From assembly GCA_951406725.2 (NCBI GenBank), contig OX597821.1, forward strand, positions 6,014,001 through 6,078,000: a stretch of DNA of 64,000 bases. Reading direction: 5' to 3'. The notes beneath the pieces are model-generated. The model made no database searches. It had not been told where the DNA came from and saw nothing but the letters and a program-made list of their open reading frames with translations. Source of the stretch: Octopus vulgaris. Taxonomy: Eukaryota. Shown here piece after piece: positions 51,375 through 64,000 of this stretch. Within the stretch, counting starts at the first letter, position 1. Every line of letters begins with the position of its first letter. The position numbers and the translations under genes were made by a program.

Positions 51375-51618
51375 TATATATTTGAAAAAATGAGTGGAGA
51401 TGGCTTTCTTTTGTGATGATAATTTTTATTTTGATAATAATGTTTACAGTGAGTTATTCTGTTTATGAGTTCCAAGCTTCAAATAACTGTTTTCAGTGTG
51501 AAAGTGGTTATCTGCAGCTTGAAATTCATAAACAGAGTAACTCATTGTAAACATCATTATTGAAATAAAAATTATCCCCACAAAAAAAGCCATTTCCACT
51601 CATTTTTACAACTATATA
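51375..51618. repeat. Long palindrome (~120 bp arms, 3 nt loop)
   Basis: 51375-51495 pairs with 51499-51618 with scattered mismatches. Confidence 0.88.
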
Positions 51619-52807
51619 TATCTTCATCATCATCATCATCATCATTATTTAACATCCATTGTCAATGCTGGCATGGGTTGGACAGTTTGACCAGAGGTGG
51701 TAAACTGGAAGGCTGCACCAGACTCCAGTCTGATTTGGCATGGTTTTCAACAGCTAGATGCTATTCATTCCTAGTGCCAACTACTCCGAGAGTGTAATGG
51801 GTGCTTTTACGTGCCACCAGCACAGGTGCCATTTGCATGACACTGGTATCTTCCACGACTGCGATTTTGCTCGGCTTGACAGGTTTTCTTGCCAAATGTT
51901 TTGGTCATTACCTCTTTGAGGCCCAACACTCGAAAGAAACTCACTACTTTGCCTCTATGAAGCCCAATGACAGACAAAAATTTCTCTATCATTTATGATA
52001 TTTTGTCTTGTATCTTACTATATATTTTATATGGTTTTTACAATGACTCATTAAGGAGCATTCCACGTGGGACCACCAATTTTTAGATAGAAGGATTTAG
52101 TTGATTACAATGACACCTCCACCCCCATACTGAACTGTACTTTATTTTATGAACACCACCTAAAAGGATGAAGGGCAAAGATGACCTCAACTCAGAACGT
52201 AAGAGGCCAGTAGAAATGGCCACTTAGCATCCTGTCTGACGTGCTGAACAATTCGGCCAGGTAGCTGCCTTGTATGTGTCACACAATAATCCTTTCTACA
52301 AGAGGCATAGGGCCTGAAATTTGGGACAGGAAACTTTATCGATTATATCAACCCCAGTACATAACTGGTACTTATTTCATCAACCACGAAAGAGTGAAAG
52401 GCAACATCGACCTCGGCAGAATTTGAACTCAGAACGTAACAACAGGCAAAATACTGCTAAGTGTTTCGTCCAGCATGCTGACCATTCTGCCAGCCTGCCG
52501 CCTTGTGTGTCATATAATAATAAGAACTAAGAAAAAGATCAACCCAACCCACAGCTGACCTCCACAAAAATTTACATAAACTAAATTCCAGCCAAAGTTG
52601 TATGCCTGTGCATTTTTTCTTTATTTGTCCATCAAGTCAACCATTATTTAGCAATCTACCTATTTACCAATCTGTCTGTCTGTCTAGTTGTCTTTTGTCT
52701 ACTGCATAAAGAGGAACTAAGACAATGTCATAGTGACATATGACAAACATATATACACACACGCTGTCATTGATGAAATGAATACATTATGTATGTGTGT
52801 ATACATA

Positions 52808-53200
52808 GGCGCAGGAGTGGCTGTGTGGTAAGTAGCTTGTTTACCAACCACATGGTTCCGGGTTCATTCCCACTGCGTGGCATCTTGGGCAAGTGTCTTC
52901 TGCTATAGCCCCGGGCCGACCAATGCCTTGTGAGTGGATTTGGTAGACGGAAACTGAAAGAAGCCTGTCGTATATATGTGTGTGCGTGTATGTTTGTGTG
53001 TCTGTGTTTGTCCCCCTAGCATTGCTTGACAACCGATGCTGGTGTGTTTATGTCTCCGTCACTTAGCGGTTCGGCGAAAGAGTCCGATAGAATAAGTACT
53101 GGGCTTACAAAGAATAAGTCCCGGGGTCGATTTGCTCGACTAAAGGCGGTGCTCCAGCATGGCCACAGTAAAATGACGGAAACAAGTAAAAGATAAAGAT
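52808..53200 (+). mobile_element. SINE family A full-length young copy
   Basis: GGCGCAGGAGTGGCTGTGTGG head through to the AAACAAGTAAAAGA tail. Confidence 0.92.
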
Positions 53201-55358
53201 CTATATGTGTGTGTGTGTGTGTGTGTATGTGGTGTGTGTATACATATATAGACATATGCACACATACATATGTAAAGTAGTGAGCTGACAGAATTATTTG
53301 CACATCAGACACACACACACACAAGTGAGTGGACAAACAAAAGAAAATGGCACTCAACACATTCAGCAGGTGTTACATGTACTATTTAATAATAGTCTGA
53401 CCAAGTTCCATGCAACCTAAAGTTTGTTATTAAATGATATATATATATATATAGGATGGATAGGATGGTCTTAACAGGTCCTAACAAGTCAGATGACTGT
53501 CTCATACACCAATCCCTACTTTGACATGGTTTCTACAACTGGATGCCATTCCGAACACAAACCACTTCACGGAATGTACAGAATGCTGCTTTTAGTGGTA
53601 CCAACACTAGTGACGATCATAGGTCTAACATGAATCTTATTAACTGAAAGAGTATACAAGAGAGAGAGAGAGAGTGAGAGATGGACTCTAAGTGTAAGGT
53701 GGAGGATGGTAAGATGAGAAGAACAGATGTGCAGTTGCAACAGGGTGGAAGTGGAGCAAGTGCTAACTGGGGGGAGAGGAGGAGGTGTGGCGATGAAGGG
53801 GAAAATGGATTATTGATAGTTGTTGAGAGTAGGGGTTCTCCATATTTTATCTGTGGACCCCTTTGATTACTATTTTATTCTGGTGAACCCCGCAACAGCC
53901 ATTCAATGTTTAAAAACTAGTTTTCTGGAGACTTCTTCTAAAATACCTATTTTGTTATTCACACATGAACTTGTGTAAGTTGAACTACGTAAAATGTCAC
54001 GGTGACACGCAAAAATCACCCAACACACTCTGTTGCGTGGTTGGTATTAGGAAGGGCATTGGACAGTTGGAATCCAGACAGCTTCCTCTTAGCCTGTTCC
54101 ATGTCAAACCATCCAACCCATGCCAGCATAGATACTGGACATTAAACAATGATGATGATGATGATGATGATGAAAGAAATCTTGCTGTTTCTTAGCATAA
54201 TTACATCTACTTTTTTTTTACTTTTTACTTGTTTCGGTCATTTGGCTCACTTTATCTATTTTTTATTTCATCTAGTTTCAGCTCACGAGCTGTGGCCATG
54301 CTGGGGTACCGCCATTTGTATATCAGTGATGCATGTTTACAACCATCGCATGATGTTTATGAAGTGTTTTGCTCAAGAACACAATGCAATGCCCAGTCTG
54401 GGAATCAAAACCATAATCTCACAAGGATAAAATGTAAAATTATGTTAAGGTTAGTAATTAAATATACACAAAAAACTTTTAGTGAAATTGCCCTCTTTGA
54501 TGGGAGAAAGAAAACAAGCCTTACATGTAAAAACTTATATAGTGAGTGGTAGACTTGGTTAGATTATATTATGTTGATGAGGTCTAGTAGATTGAAACAT
54601 GCCCACAGTTTTCATTCGCTAGCAAAGAAGAACCAGATTGCCATCACTCTAATTATGCAAATTTACTAAAAAGACTGCTTCTAAATTTTTTGAAATTATC
54701 TCCCACTTTCTTTGAGAAACACTTGCTAAACATCTGTCCTGGTTCTTTGTATTTGGGGTTCAAATTCTACCTGGGGATTCAAATTGTGGCCAGGGTTAAT
54801 CACCCACCCATAGGATTACAATCAATCTATAAAAGCTGCAGTGGGGAGGGGATGATTGTTTTTTCCTGGTTTATGTAATTTACACACACACACACAAGAA
54901 GAAGCAGCCAAGTCCCTGTCTTTAAGGGTATTATGAAAGACCTAGTTGGAGAGCCAACCTTTCAGGTTCTTTTACATGGCTTAGAAAAACTGAAGGACCA
55001 CTGCAATATGTGTGTGAATCTGGGAAGGGAATATGTTGAATAAAATCATAATTAACTGATCCTCTTGTATTTTCTTTTAGCCAGAATCAGAAACTTTTCA
55101 GCATCCCCTCATATATACACAGGGTGTCCATAAATTATTTTTCCAACTTCTACAACTTATCTAGATCTCTTGTATGCAACCAATGGAGCTCATGTGAAAG
55201 TGTTCTGATATTTTTAAGAAGACTTTACTTTGCCAGGTGATCCACCAGCTGTCAGGTGAAACTCAAGTAGATTGTCATTACAATCATTTTTTAAAATATA
55301 ATAAACGTGTCCACTTTCTCCCACATACTCAATATCTGATTAATGTCTGTATCATATA

Positions 55359-55607
55359 TTGGCTTGGTGCATAATTATTGCAGAGGTTTTTCAACAAATT
55401 TTATTCAAGAAAAACATTAACAAAATATTTAACAAAAACATCTTTAAATGACAGTCTGACCGTCTGCCAAGCAAATGGGAAGCAGTAATTGAAGTAGATG
55501 GTGAATATGCTCCGGAATAATCATTTAAAGATGTTTTTGTTACATGTTGTTGTTTTTGTTGAATAAAATTTGTTGAAAAAATCCACAATAATTATGCACC
55601 AACCCAA
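55359..55607 (+). mobile_element. mariner-derived MITE (249 bp) with TA TSD
   Basis: TIRs TTGGCTTGGTGCATAATTATTG / CAATAATTATGCACCAACCCAA. Internal DRLPSKWEAVIEVDGEY matches a mariner C-terminus. Confidence 0.88.
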
Positions 55608-56609
55608 TATATTATTATTTCACAAAACTGACAACCACACACATATTCACAAACACACACACACATACACACATGCCCTCATTATCATCATCAAATGTCT
55701 AGTCTCCATGCTGGTATGAATTAGTCAGCTCATCACAGTCCAACTCAATTCTTATTGGGAGTCGATACTCTCATACACCATACCCATCTATATACACCAT
55801 GCCCATATATATAATTTGGCTTCGTTTCCATGGCTGGATGCTAACCCCTTTACATAGTGTACTAGGTGCATTTTCTAATGAGACTAACACTAGAGAGGTT
55901 GAGTACACCTTGGTAAGATAGGATTAAAGGGGTCTCACAAACCTACAAATTCTCTGCTCATTTGCCAATCACTCTGCACTGTGAGTCCTATAAAAGTTAC
56001 CTTGCTCCGCATGTTATCCGTAGGGGGAGTATGACAGGGTCTGTAAAAGCACTGCCAGAACTGTTTAGTCCCAAGTCAGCCTAGGTTGAACAGATATCAG
56101 CTGAAAAGGGTTCAAGTTGCAATCATCTCATCTCCCCCACACATTTTGTTTAAGGTGTTAGAGTTTAATTTGAGGGAAATATAGCTGTTATTTCCATGTA
56201 GAAACTCCCTTACTGAACATGAAGACCAGTCTAAGTGCGGGGACATCCCATTACAAAAAGGTAGATTAGATAATAGCTATTTGTCAGGAAAAAATTCCTC
56301 TCTACTGAACCATTTATCCATCTGTCCAGAAAACTTGTCAGTATAAGAGGTGATGTGAGGTACAAATTACTTGTTTCATTCCTTCAAACAAGCTGGTAGC
56401 GTAAGATGTAGTGCTAGGTACAAGTCACTTGGGAAGGATTTGATAGCAGATGAAGGGAAAAGCTGGCAGGGTTTCATTTACATAAGTATACTTAACCTCC
56501 GTTTATAATAAGGATCTCTTTCCCTCCCTCTCTCTCTCTCCTCCTCCCTTTCTCTCCACCCTCTCTCTCGCTCTCTCTCTCTCATATATATATATATAAT
56601 CCTCTATCA

Positions 56610-57430
56610 CTTTGTTTATTTCGCTCATTAGACAGCGGCTATGCTGGGGCACCGCCTTGAAGAATTTTCAGTCAAACAAATCAACCCCAGCACATTTTTT
56701 TTTAACCTGATACTTATTCTATCAGTCTCTTTTGCTAACCCACTAAGTCACAGGGATGTAAACACACCAACACCAGTTGTCAAATGGTGGTTGATGACAA
56801 ACACAAGCACAAAGATACAAACACACACACTCATATATATATATACACACACACACACACTTCATTCAGATTCTGTCTACGAAATCCAATCACAAAGCTT
56901 TTTTCCAGCCCAAGGCTATAGTGGAAGATACTTGTCTAAGGTGCCACACAGTGAGACTGAACATGGAACCATGTGGTTGAGAAGTAAGCTTCTTACCACA
57001 CAGCCACACCTGCACTTATATATATAGGCGTAGGAGTGGCTGTGTGGTAAGTAGCTTGCTTACCAACCACATGGTTCCAGGTTCAGTCCACTGCGTCGCA
57101 CCTTCGGCAAATGTCTTCTACTATAGCCTAGGGCCAACTAAAGCCTTGTGAGTGGATTTGGTAGATGGAAACTGAAAGAAGCCCGTCATATATATATATA
57201 TATGTACCTGTGTGTCTGTGTTTGTCCACCACCCCAACATCGCTTGACAACCGTTCTGGTGCATTTACATCCCTGTAACTTAGCGGTTCAGCAAAAAAGA
57301 CCGACAGAATAAGTACTGGGCTTCCAAAGAATAAGTCCTGGGGTCGTTTTGCTCGACTAAAGGCGGTGCTCCAGCATGGCCACAGTCAAATGACTGAAAC
57401 AAGTAAAACAGTAAAAGAGCAAAAGAGAGT
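56610..57430. mobile_element. Head-to-head inverted SINE A pair (about 56610-57016 minus; 57027-57430 plus)
   Basis: The heads are separated by only about 10 nt of (TA)n. Confidence 0.88.
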
Positions 57431-57509
57431 ATAGAGAGGGGGGAGGAGGAAGGGGAGGGAGAAAGAAGGTGGGAGGGAAGAAACTCAGAGTAAGAAGTTT
57501 GCCATTGTC

Positions 57510-59005
57510 CTAAGACATGAGGATCAGAGTTGTAAGGAATTCCAGATTGCAAAGCAGTGTAGACGACGCTGAGGAAAAGCATTCATGGAATGAGAATGGC
57601 ACACTTGTTCTTACTGACAATAGAAAGGAAGAAGTGTGGAAGTGTGGGAGAAAGTGGGCCAACCCGAAATAGACCCAAAAGAGGAATGGACTAAGTGGAC
57701 AGCAGTTTGGTGGATAAAGCAATGAAGGATGCAAAGGTAGGGAAGGTTTTTAGTCCATCAAGTATCACCACTGAGATGTTTAAAGATGCTTAAAATATCT
57801 GGCACTCTTGGATATGGACTGGTCACCTGCCTAGTAAATCAGGTAGTACAGGAGGACATCATACCTGATGACAAGCATAGCAGTATCATAGTCCACTGTT
57901 ACAAGAGCGAAAACAATATTATAGAGAGATGATGACAGAGGCATTAACCCTTTTGTTACCATATTTCTGTTGAGATGCTCTCTGTTTCTTTCAATTGATT
58001 TAGAATATAACAAAGAATTTAGGAAAATAACTTCATTATCATTAAGCTAGTGTTGGGGACATAAATTGTGACTAAGGTTTGGTGGAAGATTTTAATTCAA
58101 AACTTACAGAAACAAGATATTTGTACTCAGAGCCAGAGCTGGTTTCAGCCAGGTTGGTCATGAAAGAGTTAAATTATTGGACTAGATTATGAAGGTTGCA
58201 GAAAGCATTATGGCATAAATTATTAGGTTGAGAATAAACATAGATGCAATGCAGTTTAGTTTTGTACCTGGAAGAATTATTGGTAATGCCATCTTTCTAG
58301 TGAGACAGCTGCAAAAGAAGAATCTAACTAGGAGTAACATGGCATTTGTTAACCTAGAAAAGGTTGACATTAGAGTTCTCCACTCTGTAATCAGGCAGTC
58401 ACTGAGGAATCTGAGAGAAGATGAATGGTTTGTGAGAACTATACAAGCCATGTACAAAGGCGCAGCCAGCAAGGTGAAAGTTAGTGATAAGTAAAGTGAT
58501 GAATTCAGCATGAAGGTAGGGATACACCAGGGCCCAACCATCAGCTCTTTTCTGTTCATTAAAGTCTTCCAAGCCACAGCAAATGAGCTCAAGACCAAAT
58601 ACTAGCGGGAGCTTCTTTACATCAATAATCTAACTCTTAAAGGTGAATCCATGGCAAAATTAATAAAGAAATTTCAGACATGAGAGCAAAATCTGGGATC
58701 ATAAGGCCTCAAAAGGAATTTGACATGGTTAAAGTATTACTACATGGGAAAGAAGACAGGACCTCGATACCATCAGGGAACTAGCTATGCTCAATATGCA
58801 GAAATGGAGTAGGTAATTATTCTATTCAAAGTACCTAATGCAAACTATGGAAGCATAAAAGATGCAGAGGGAACATAAATAGATTACAGAGAAGATAAAC
58901 TTCACATGCAGCAGTTACACAAAGGAGTAAGCACAAAAGATATATACTCCTTTATTGACTCCTCTAATGTCTCAGTAGCTCTCAAGATGTAACAGATAAA
59001 TTCTA
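57510..59005 (+). mobile_element. Degenerate RTE LINE reverse-transcriptase region, interrupted by a TTAA MITE (57948-58168)
   Basis: Removing the MITE restores AGA GGC ATT AAA TTA TTG (RGIKLL), followed by IDAMQFSFVPGR...AIFLVRQLQ...MAFVNLEK...VGIHQG...SSFLFI. Confidence 0.85.
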
Positions 59006-59093
59006 GAGCAGTGTTTCCCAACCGGGGTCCATATGGCTCTGGCGAATCCATGTAAGATTTTGTTATTAAAATGTATGAGCAATAAATTGCTAA

Positions 59094-59516
59094 TCTATAC
59101 ATATAACGCTGAAGTTGTCTGTGTGTGTGTGTGGCAAGTTTGGTAGCTTCCAACTCACACAATCTCCTCCGAGACCCTGCAGCGCAAGTTGACTAAAATT
59201 GAGAATATGATAGAAGGCTTGCTCTTCATTCTGTAGAAGAAATTCAAATGGGACTGTGTTAAGACCAAAAATTATTTACATCAAAAAGGTGCTTTTTTTC
59301 TATGAAAATCCCTATTTTTTACGATTTTTTGACTGCTGTGTTGCCATTTTTCAGTGTATTTCAACCAGAAGAATGTTCACTGTTCACTTAAAGAGAATAA
59401 GCTGCATAATGAAAAATTTTTACTTTTCAAAAAAGATTGAAACTATGTCAATCAAAGTCTGCCGTTTTAAGTGCAACTAGAAAATAAACCCGAGCAACGC
59501 CAAGCTATACTGCTAG
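59094..59516 (+). mobile_element. Non-autonomous Helitron (third internal type)
   Basis: A|TCTATACATATAA start; end CCCGAGCAACGCCAAGCTATACTGCTAG|T. Confidence 0.78.
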
Positions 59517-59635
59517 TATTAGGAAGGACATCCAGCCATAGAAACCATACCACATCAGAAATATTGGAGTAAGATACAGGCATTCAATGCATCAGATGCT
59601 ATTGAACTGTCCAACCCATGCCTGAATAGAAAGCA

Positions 59636-60149
59636 GACACACATGTGACTTATTTCCTTTTCATCGTTACCTAAGAATTAAGTGAATTTGTTACTATGTC
59701 TGTTTGACATGCTACAGGTATTCAAATATCTCCATGTGGTCGCTGCTACCTTTTTGCAGGCCATCTTTCAGTTGTTGTCTCAGAAATGTCAAAATGAACA
59801 GCTGGTTTTGTTAATTAATTTCCTTAAGAATTTTTTTATCCATTCACTTTTTCTTTAAAGTGAAAGAGAGAAGAAACTGAAAGATATATGTACGGGTATA
59901 TGAAATGGATGTGTGTGTGTGTGTGAGAGAGAGAGAGTGAGTGAAAAGGTATGTTGTCATGCATATGTACATACATAAATATGCATACATCTTCTTGGTA
60001 GGTGTACATGTGAGAGAGAAAGAATGCCACTTAAACATCTCTCTCTGTCTCTCTCTCTCTCTCTCACGCACACACTCACACATACATACAAAAAAGACAT
60101 ATGAATATGTATTTATGTATGTACATACACATGACAACATTGTCCTTCA

Positions 60150-60182
<33 letters not shown>

Positions 60183-60663
60183 GCTCACACACATGTGACT
60201 TATTTCCTTTTCATCGTTATCTATGAATTAAGTGAATTTGTTACTATGTCTGTTTGACATGCTACAGGTATTCAAATATCTCCATGTGGTCGCTGCTACC
60301 TTTTTGCAGGCCATCTTTCAGTTGTTGTCTCAGAAATGTCAAAATGAAAGCAATATTTACTAAGCAAGTGAGTACTATTATACAAAGAAATAATTAGTGC
60401 CAGTTCAGTCCCACTGTGTTAGACTTTGGGCAAATGTCTTCTACTATAGCCACAGGTTGACCAAAGCCTTGTGAGTGGATTTGGAAATGGATACAGAAAG
60501 AAGCCTGTCATATGTATGTGTGTGTGTGTGTGTGTGTTTGTATGCATGCATGTATGTGAGTGAAAAGGTATGTTGTCATGCATATGTACATACATAAATA
60601 TGCATACATCTTCTTGGTAGGTGTGCATGTGAGAGAGAAAGAATGCCACTTAAACATCTCTCT
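59636..60663. repeat. Complex local duplication (two direct repeat pairs plus an inverted fragment)
   Basis: About 59636-59797 equals about 60187-60348; about 59936-60045 equals about 60555-60663; about 60103-60151 is a diverged inverted copy of about 59938-59990. Confidence 0.88.
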
Positions 60664-60781
60664 GGTCAATCTATTCAACTAAAAACTCTTCAAGGTGGTG
60701 CTCCAGCATGGCCACAGTCATGTGACTAAAACATGTAAAAGAATACAAGAATATATATATGTGCTATATTTTATATACATA

Positions 60782-61220
60782 TTAGGTCATCAAGTATGAA
60801 ATTTGTAGTAAGGTATAAGGTAAACTTTGAACATTGTCCTTCACTCACTCACTCTCTCTCTCTCTCTCTCTCTCACACACATGCTCACACACACATACAT
60901 ACACACATCCATTTTGTGCTTTATAAAGTATTTATAAATCGTTTTTTGCTATTTTTGTTTAGAGATGGAGAAGTCGGAAATTCATACAGTTTTGAAATAT
61001 GAGTTCTTTCTTGGAAATACAGAATCACAGATAGCTCAGAATATTAATGGAGTATTTCATTCTAGTGTTACACAGCAGATAGTATCGAAATGGTTTGAAA
61101 AATTTTGTTCCGGTAACTTTGACCTCACAAATAAGCAATGCAGTTGACCAGAAACAAAGGTGGATAATGACAAACTGAAAGCCACTGTCAAGTCCGATCC
61201 AGCCCAAGTAGAACACACAT
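60782..61220 (+). mobile_element. mariner transposon 5' remnant just downstream (in gene sense) of the 170-nt CARNMT1 exon
   Basis: TA|TTAGGTCATCAAGTATGAAAT TIR-like start. ORF 60965-61147 MEKSEIHTVLKYEF...IAQNINGVF...VSKWFEKFCSGNFDLTN, then RPETKVDNDKLKATV. Confidence 0.8.
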
Positions 61221-61293
61221 AGACAGGTACACACACACACACACACACACACATATAGTTAATTTTTTTTTTTTTTTTTTAAGCCCTACTTAC

Positions 61294-61463
61294 CACATTT
61301 GGGGTGGAAATCTGCGTCTGATTTCTTTGATAACAGGATCGTAGCAGGCTGATCTTTCACTTCGGCCAGACTCGCTCCAATCTCTGACAAACTGCTTCAA
61401 GGTTGTCTTCACTCTATCCATGTCGTACGATGTAGGCGGGTGTTTCCGCAGACCCTCCTCGCC
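61294..61463 (-). CDS. CARNMT1: CARNMT1 (carnosine N-methyltransferase / N2227-like) internal coding exon, first of four in window (170 nt, phase 0 to 2)
   Basis: Minus strand: acceptor tattacag|GGC GAG..., donor ATG TG|gtaagt. Translates [56 protein letters not shown], matching the [22 protein letters not shown] motif of CARNMT1. The trailing TG joins T of the next exon (Cys) in frame. Confidence 0.96.
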
Positions 61464-61778
61464 CTGTAATACAGAAATCTCTTTCTAAAACACATTGGAA
61501 AGAGAAGAGGTATATATAATTGTATAAATAATGGCACTTTGGAAGCAACTGAAGACTTGCTATTGTCTTTAAACTAGTGCACTCAATCGTTTTCAAACTT
61601 AGCTTGTGCGTAATTTTGTTCAGAGCAAGCAAAAGCAAATTTTTTCAAATTTTGTTTTTAGCATGTTGTTTTACTTGTTTTTGTTGTTGTGGTTGCTGTA
61701 ATCGTTGTTGTTGTTGTTGTTGTCTAGTTCTAATCAAGCAAACCGATGACAAAAGGCATTCCAGCTGCGACCATCCAT

Positions 61779-62035
61779 ACTCTTTTACTTGTTTCAGTCA
61801 TTTGACTGTGGCCATGCTGGAGCTCTGCCTTTAGTCGAGCAAATCGACCCCAGGACTTATTCTTTGTAAGCCTAGTACTTATTCTATTGGTCTCTTTGGC
61901 CGAACTGCTAAGTTACAGGGACGTAAACACACCAGCATCGGTTGTCAAGCGATGTTGGGGGGGAACAAACACAGACATTCAAACATATACACACACATAC
62001 ATATATATATATAAATATACACACACATATATACG

Positions 62036-62077
<42 letters not shown>

Positions 62078-62250
62078 TACATATATACGACCGGCTTCTT
62101 TCAGCGTCCATCTACCAAATCCACTCACAAGGCTTTGGTCAGCCCAAGCCTATAGCAGAAGACACTTGCCCAAGGTGCGACGCAGTGGGACTGAACCAGG
62201 AACCATGTGGTTCGTAAGCAAGCTACTTATCACACAGCCACTCCTACGTC
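61779..62250 (-). mobile_element. SINE family A full-length copy
   Basis: Tail-to-head reverse-complement match. Confidence 0.9.
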
Positions 62251-62439
62251 TATCTTTTTTTGTCTTTTGTTTGTTTTTTTTTTTTGTTTGTTCTTTTTAA
62301 AATATGGCTGTGATTAAGAAGATCACTTTACAACCACATGATTTTGGGGTGAGTCCCATAGTATAGCACCATGGTGAAGTATCATCTACTACAGCCGCAG
62401 GCTGTAAGTAGAAATAAATCTAACAATGTTTTCCTCTGT

Positions 62440-62720
62440 TTGCATCACCATGAAATGGGTTTCACAAGACTAATTTGGATGCTTCCAGCTCAGGGTGTTG
62501 CCTGCAGTGACCAGATAGCTGCAGCCGTCTTTGCTTGATCTTCTCACTAACTTTCAGCAAGTCTCTAAAATGGCATTCATTTGTCCTGTGTTGTTGCCAT
62601 TTGGAGCAAACACAGACATACTTTTTTTAGTCCCTCTCACCCTTGATACAATGAAATATGCATGGTGTGACCACTGATAGGAGAGTGGACTGGGCCAACA
62701 CTGAAGCAGTACCCATTTTC
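62440..62720 (-). mobile_element. RTE/RTE-X-like LINE ORF C-terminal remnant
   Basis: Minus strand KWQQHRTNECHFRDLLKVSEKIKQRRLQLSGHCRQHPELEASKLVL*NPFHG. Confidence 0.7.
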
Positions 62721-62868
62721 AGTTACACAATGTAGAATGAAGTGCCTTGCTCAAGGACACAATGAATCATTCAGTGAGGAAATAAAACCTCCGATCTTAC
62801 AATTGTGAGCTGAACACTCTATCCATACACATATATACACACACAAGTCAATCAGTAGCATTTATTAA

Positions 62869-63460
62869 ATCATTTTGTTACCATATTTCTGTTTCAATAA
62901 ACCCTTTTTGGTACCAACCCCACTGAGACCACCCCTGGTTCTATGATACAAACTTCATATTGATTTATGATCCAAATATCACTTTAATAACAACTCGTTA
63001 TTTTCTCAAGTAATTAAAACAAAGGCAGCATATGTCAGATGAAATATGGTAATGAAAGGGTTAATTTTGAAAACAATAAAGAAACTCATTAAGATAATTC
63101 TGTCATTATTAACCCTTTTGTTACCAACCCGGCTGAAACCGGCTCTAGCTCTTTAGTACAAATGTCTTGTTTTCATAAGTTTTGAATTAAAATCTTCCAC
63201 CAAACCTTAGTCACAATTTATGTTCCTAACACAAGCTGAATGCTAATGAAGTTATTTTACTAAATTCTTTGTTATATTTAAAATTAATTGAAAGAAACAC
63301 AGAACATCTCAAAATAAATACAGTAATGAAAGGGTTAAGCTGGTGTTTGGAACAAAGTTACATAGAATTTTGATGATAAGTTTTAATTAAGAGCATTTCA
63401 AAATAGGGAATTTGTAGTGTAGAATCAGGAGAGTTTTAAGGTGAGATGATATCAAAAGGG
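62869..63460. mobile_element. Nested cluster of three piggyBac-type MITEs: an old outer copy containing copies at 62902-63060 and 63113-63334
   Basis: The inner copies are bounded by CCCTTTT...AAAGGG with TTAA (one left flank TAAA). The flanking pieces rejoin into a diverged copy of the same family ending ATCAAAAGGG at 63460. Confidence 0.8.
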
Positions 63461-64000
63461 TTCATCCTTATTTCTGAGTGGTGATGACCTGTGTTTATAA
63501 CTCTGACAGTTTTAAGATTTAATACTTCAAGTGTTTGTTGAAGAGGTGCTTTAGCTGCTACCATTAGGAGATCAAGATACTACATAGAGGTACTCTTATT
63601 TTTTAATGTTTTATTGTTGTTGTTGTTGTTGTTGTTGCTGCTGTTGTGTAGACACTCTCCCCACCCTTCTCGTTAGTGCTAATCAAAGTTAGACCCACAG
63701 TATGAAGATAAGCAGGTGACTGACTAAATGCTGTCTAAATGCCCATTGTTTAAGATACCCATATGTCTACCTAACAGGGGATTATACTGCACATTGATAT
63801 GCATCAGCTAAATGCAATGAAATGCAGTTTTGCAGTTTGGTGAACATGTGGTACTCTCTACAGCCTCCTCTCTCCTTCTCTATACAATTTTTTTTATAAT
63901 TACTTCTTTCAGTCATTAGACTGTGATCATGCTGGAGCAATGCCTTGACAGGTTTAGTCAAAGAAATCAACCAAAGGTCTTGGTTTTAAGTCTGGAACTT

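Noticed and set aside
61414-61638. 74 aa minus-strand ORF across the 170-nt exon acceptor
   Set aside because: Out of frame with the CARNMT1 reading frame; mostly intron.

Overview
Repeat-dense, AT-rich eukaryotic DNA. The SINE families and very long (CATA)n/(CAC)n/(ATT)n microsatellites look like an Octopus/coleoid cephalopod genome (inferred from repeat style, not proven). The window lies entirely inside one minus-strand gene: four coding exons (61294-61463, 30748-30888, 19835-20013, 649-762) with GT-AG sites splice in frame into the central methyltransferase domain of carnosine N-methyltransferase / protein-histidine methyltransferase CARNMT1 ([45 protein letters not shown]). The provided ORF track misses these exons in their correct frames; its long ORFs are microsatellite or repeat artefacts. 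The 30.4, 10.7 and 19.1 kb introns hold tRNA-derived SINEs, RTE and R4/Dong LINE remnants, mariner/Tc1 remnants (one with DD36E spacing), TTAA piggyBac-type MITEs, three non-autonomous Helitrons and Penelope-type terminal-repeat fragments. The most interesting signal is at RNA level: several distinct minimal type-I hammerhead-ribozyme motifs, the three best preserved all on the CARNMT1 sense strand, often inside 90-285 bp fold-back inverted repeats, plus inverted SINE pairs around an exon. I see no firm evidence of a wholly new protein-coding system.
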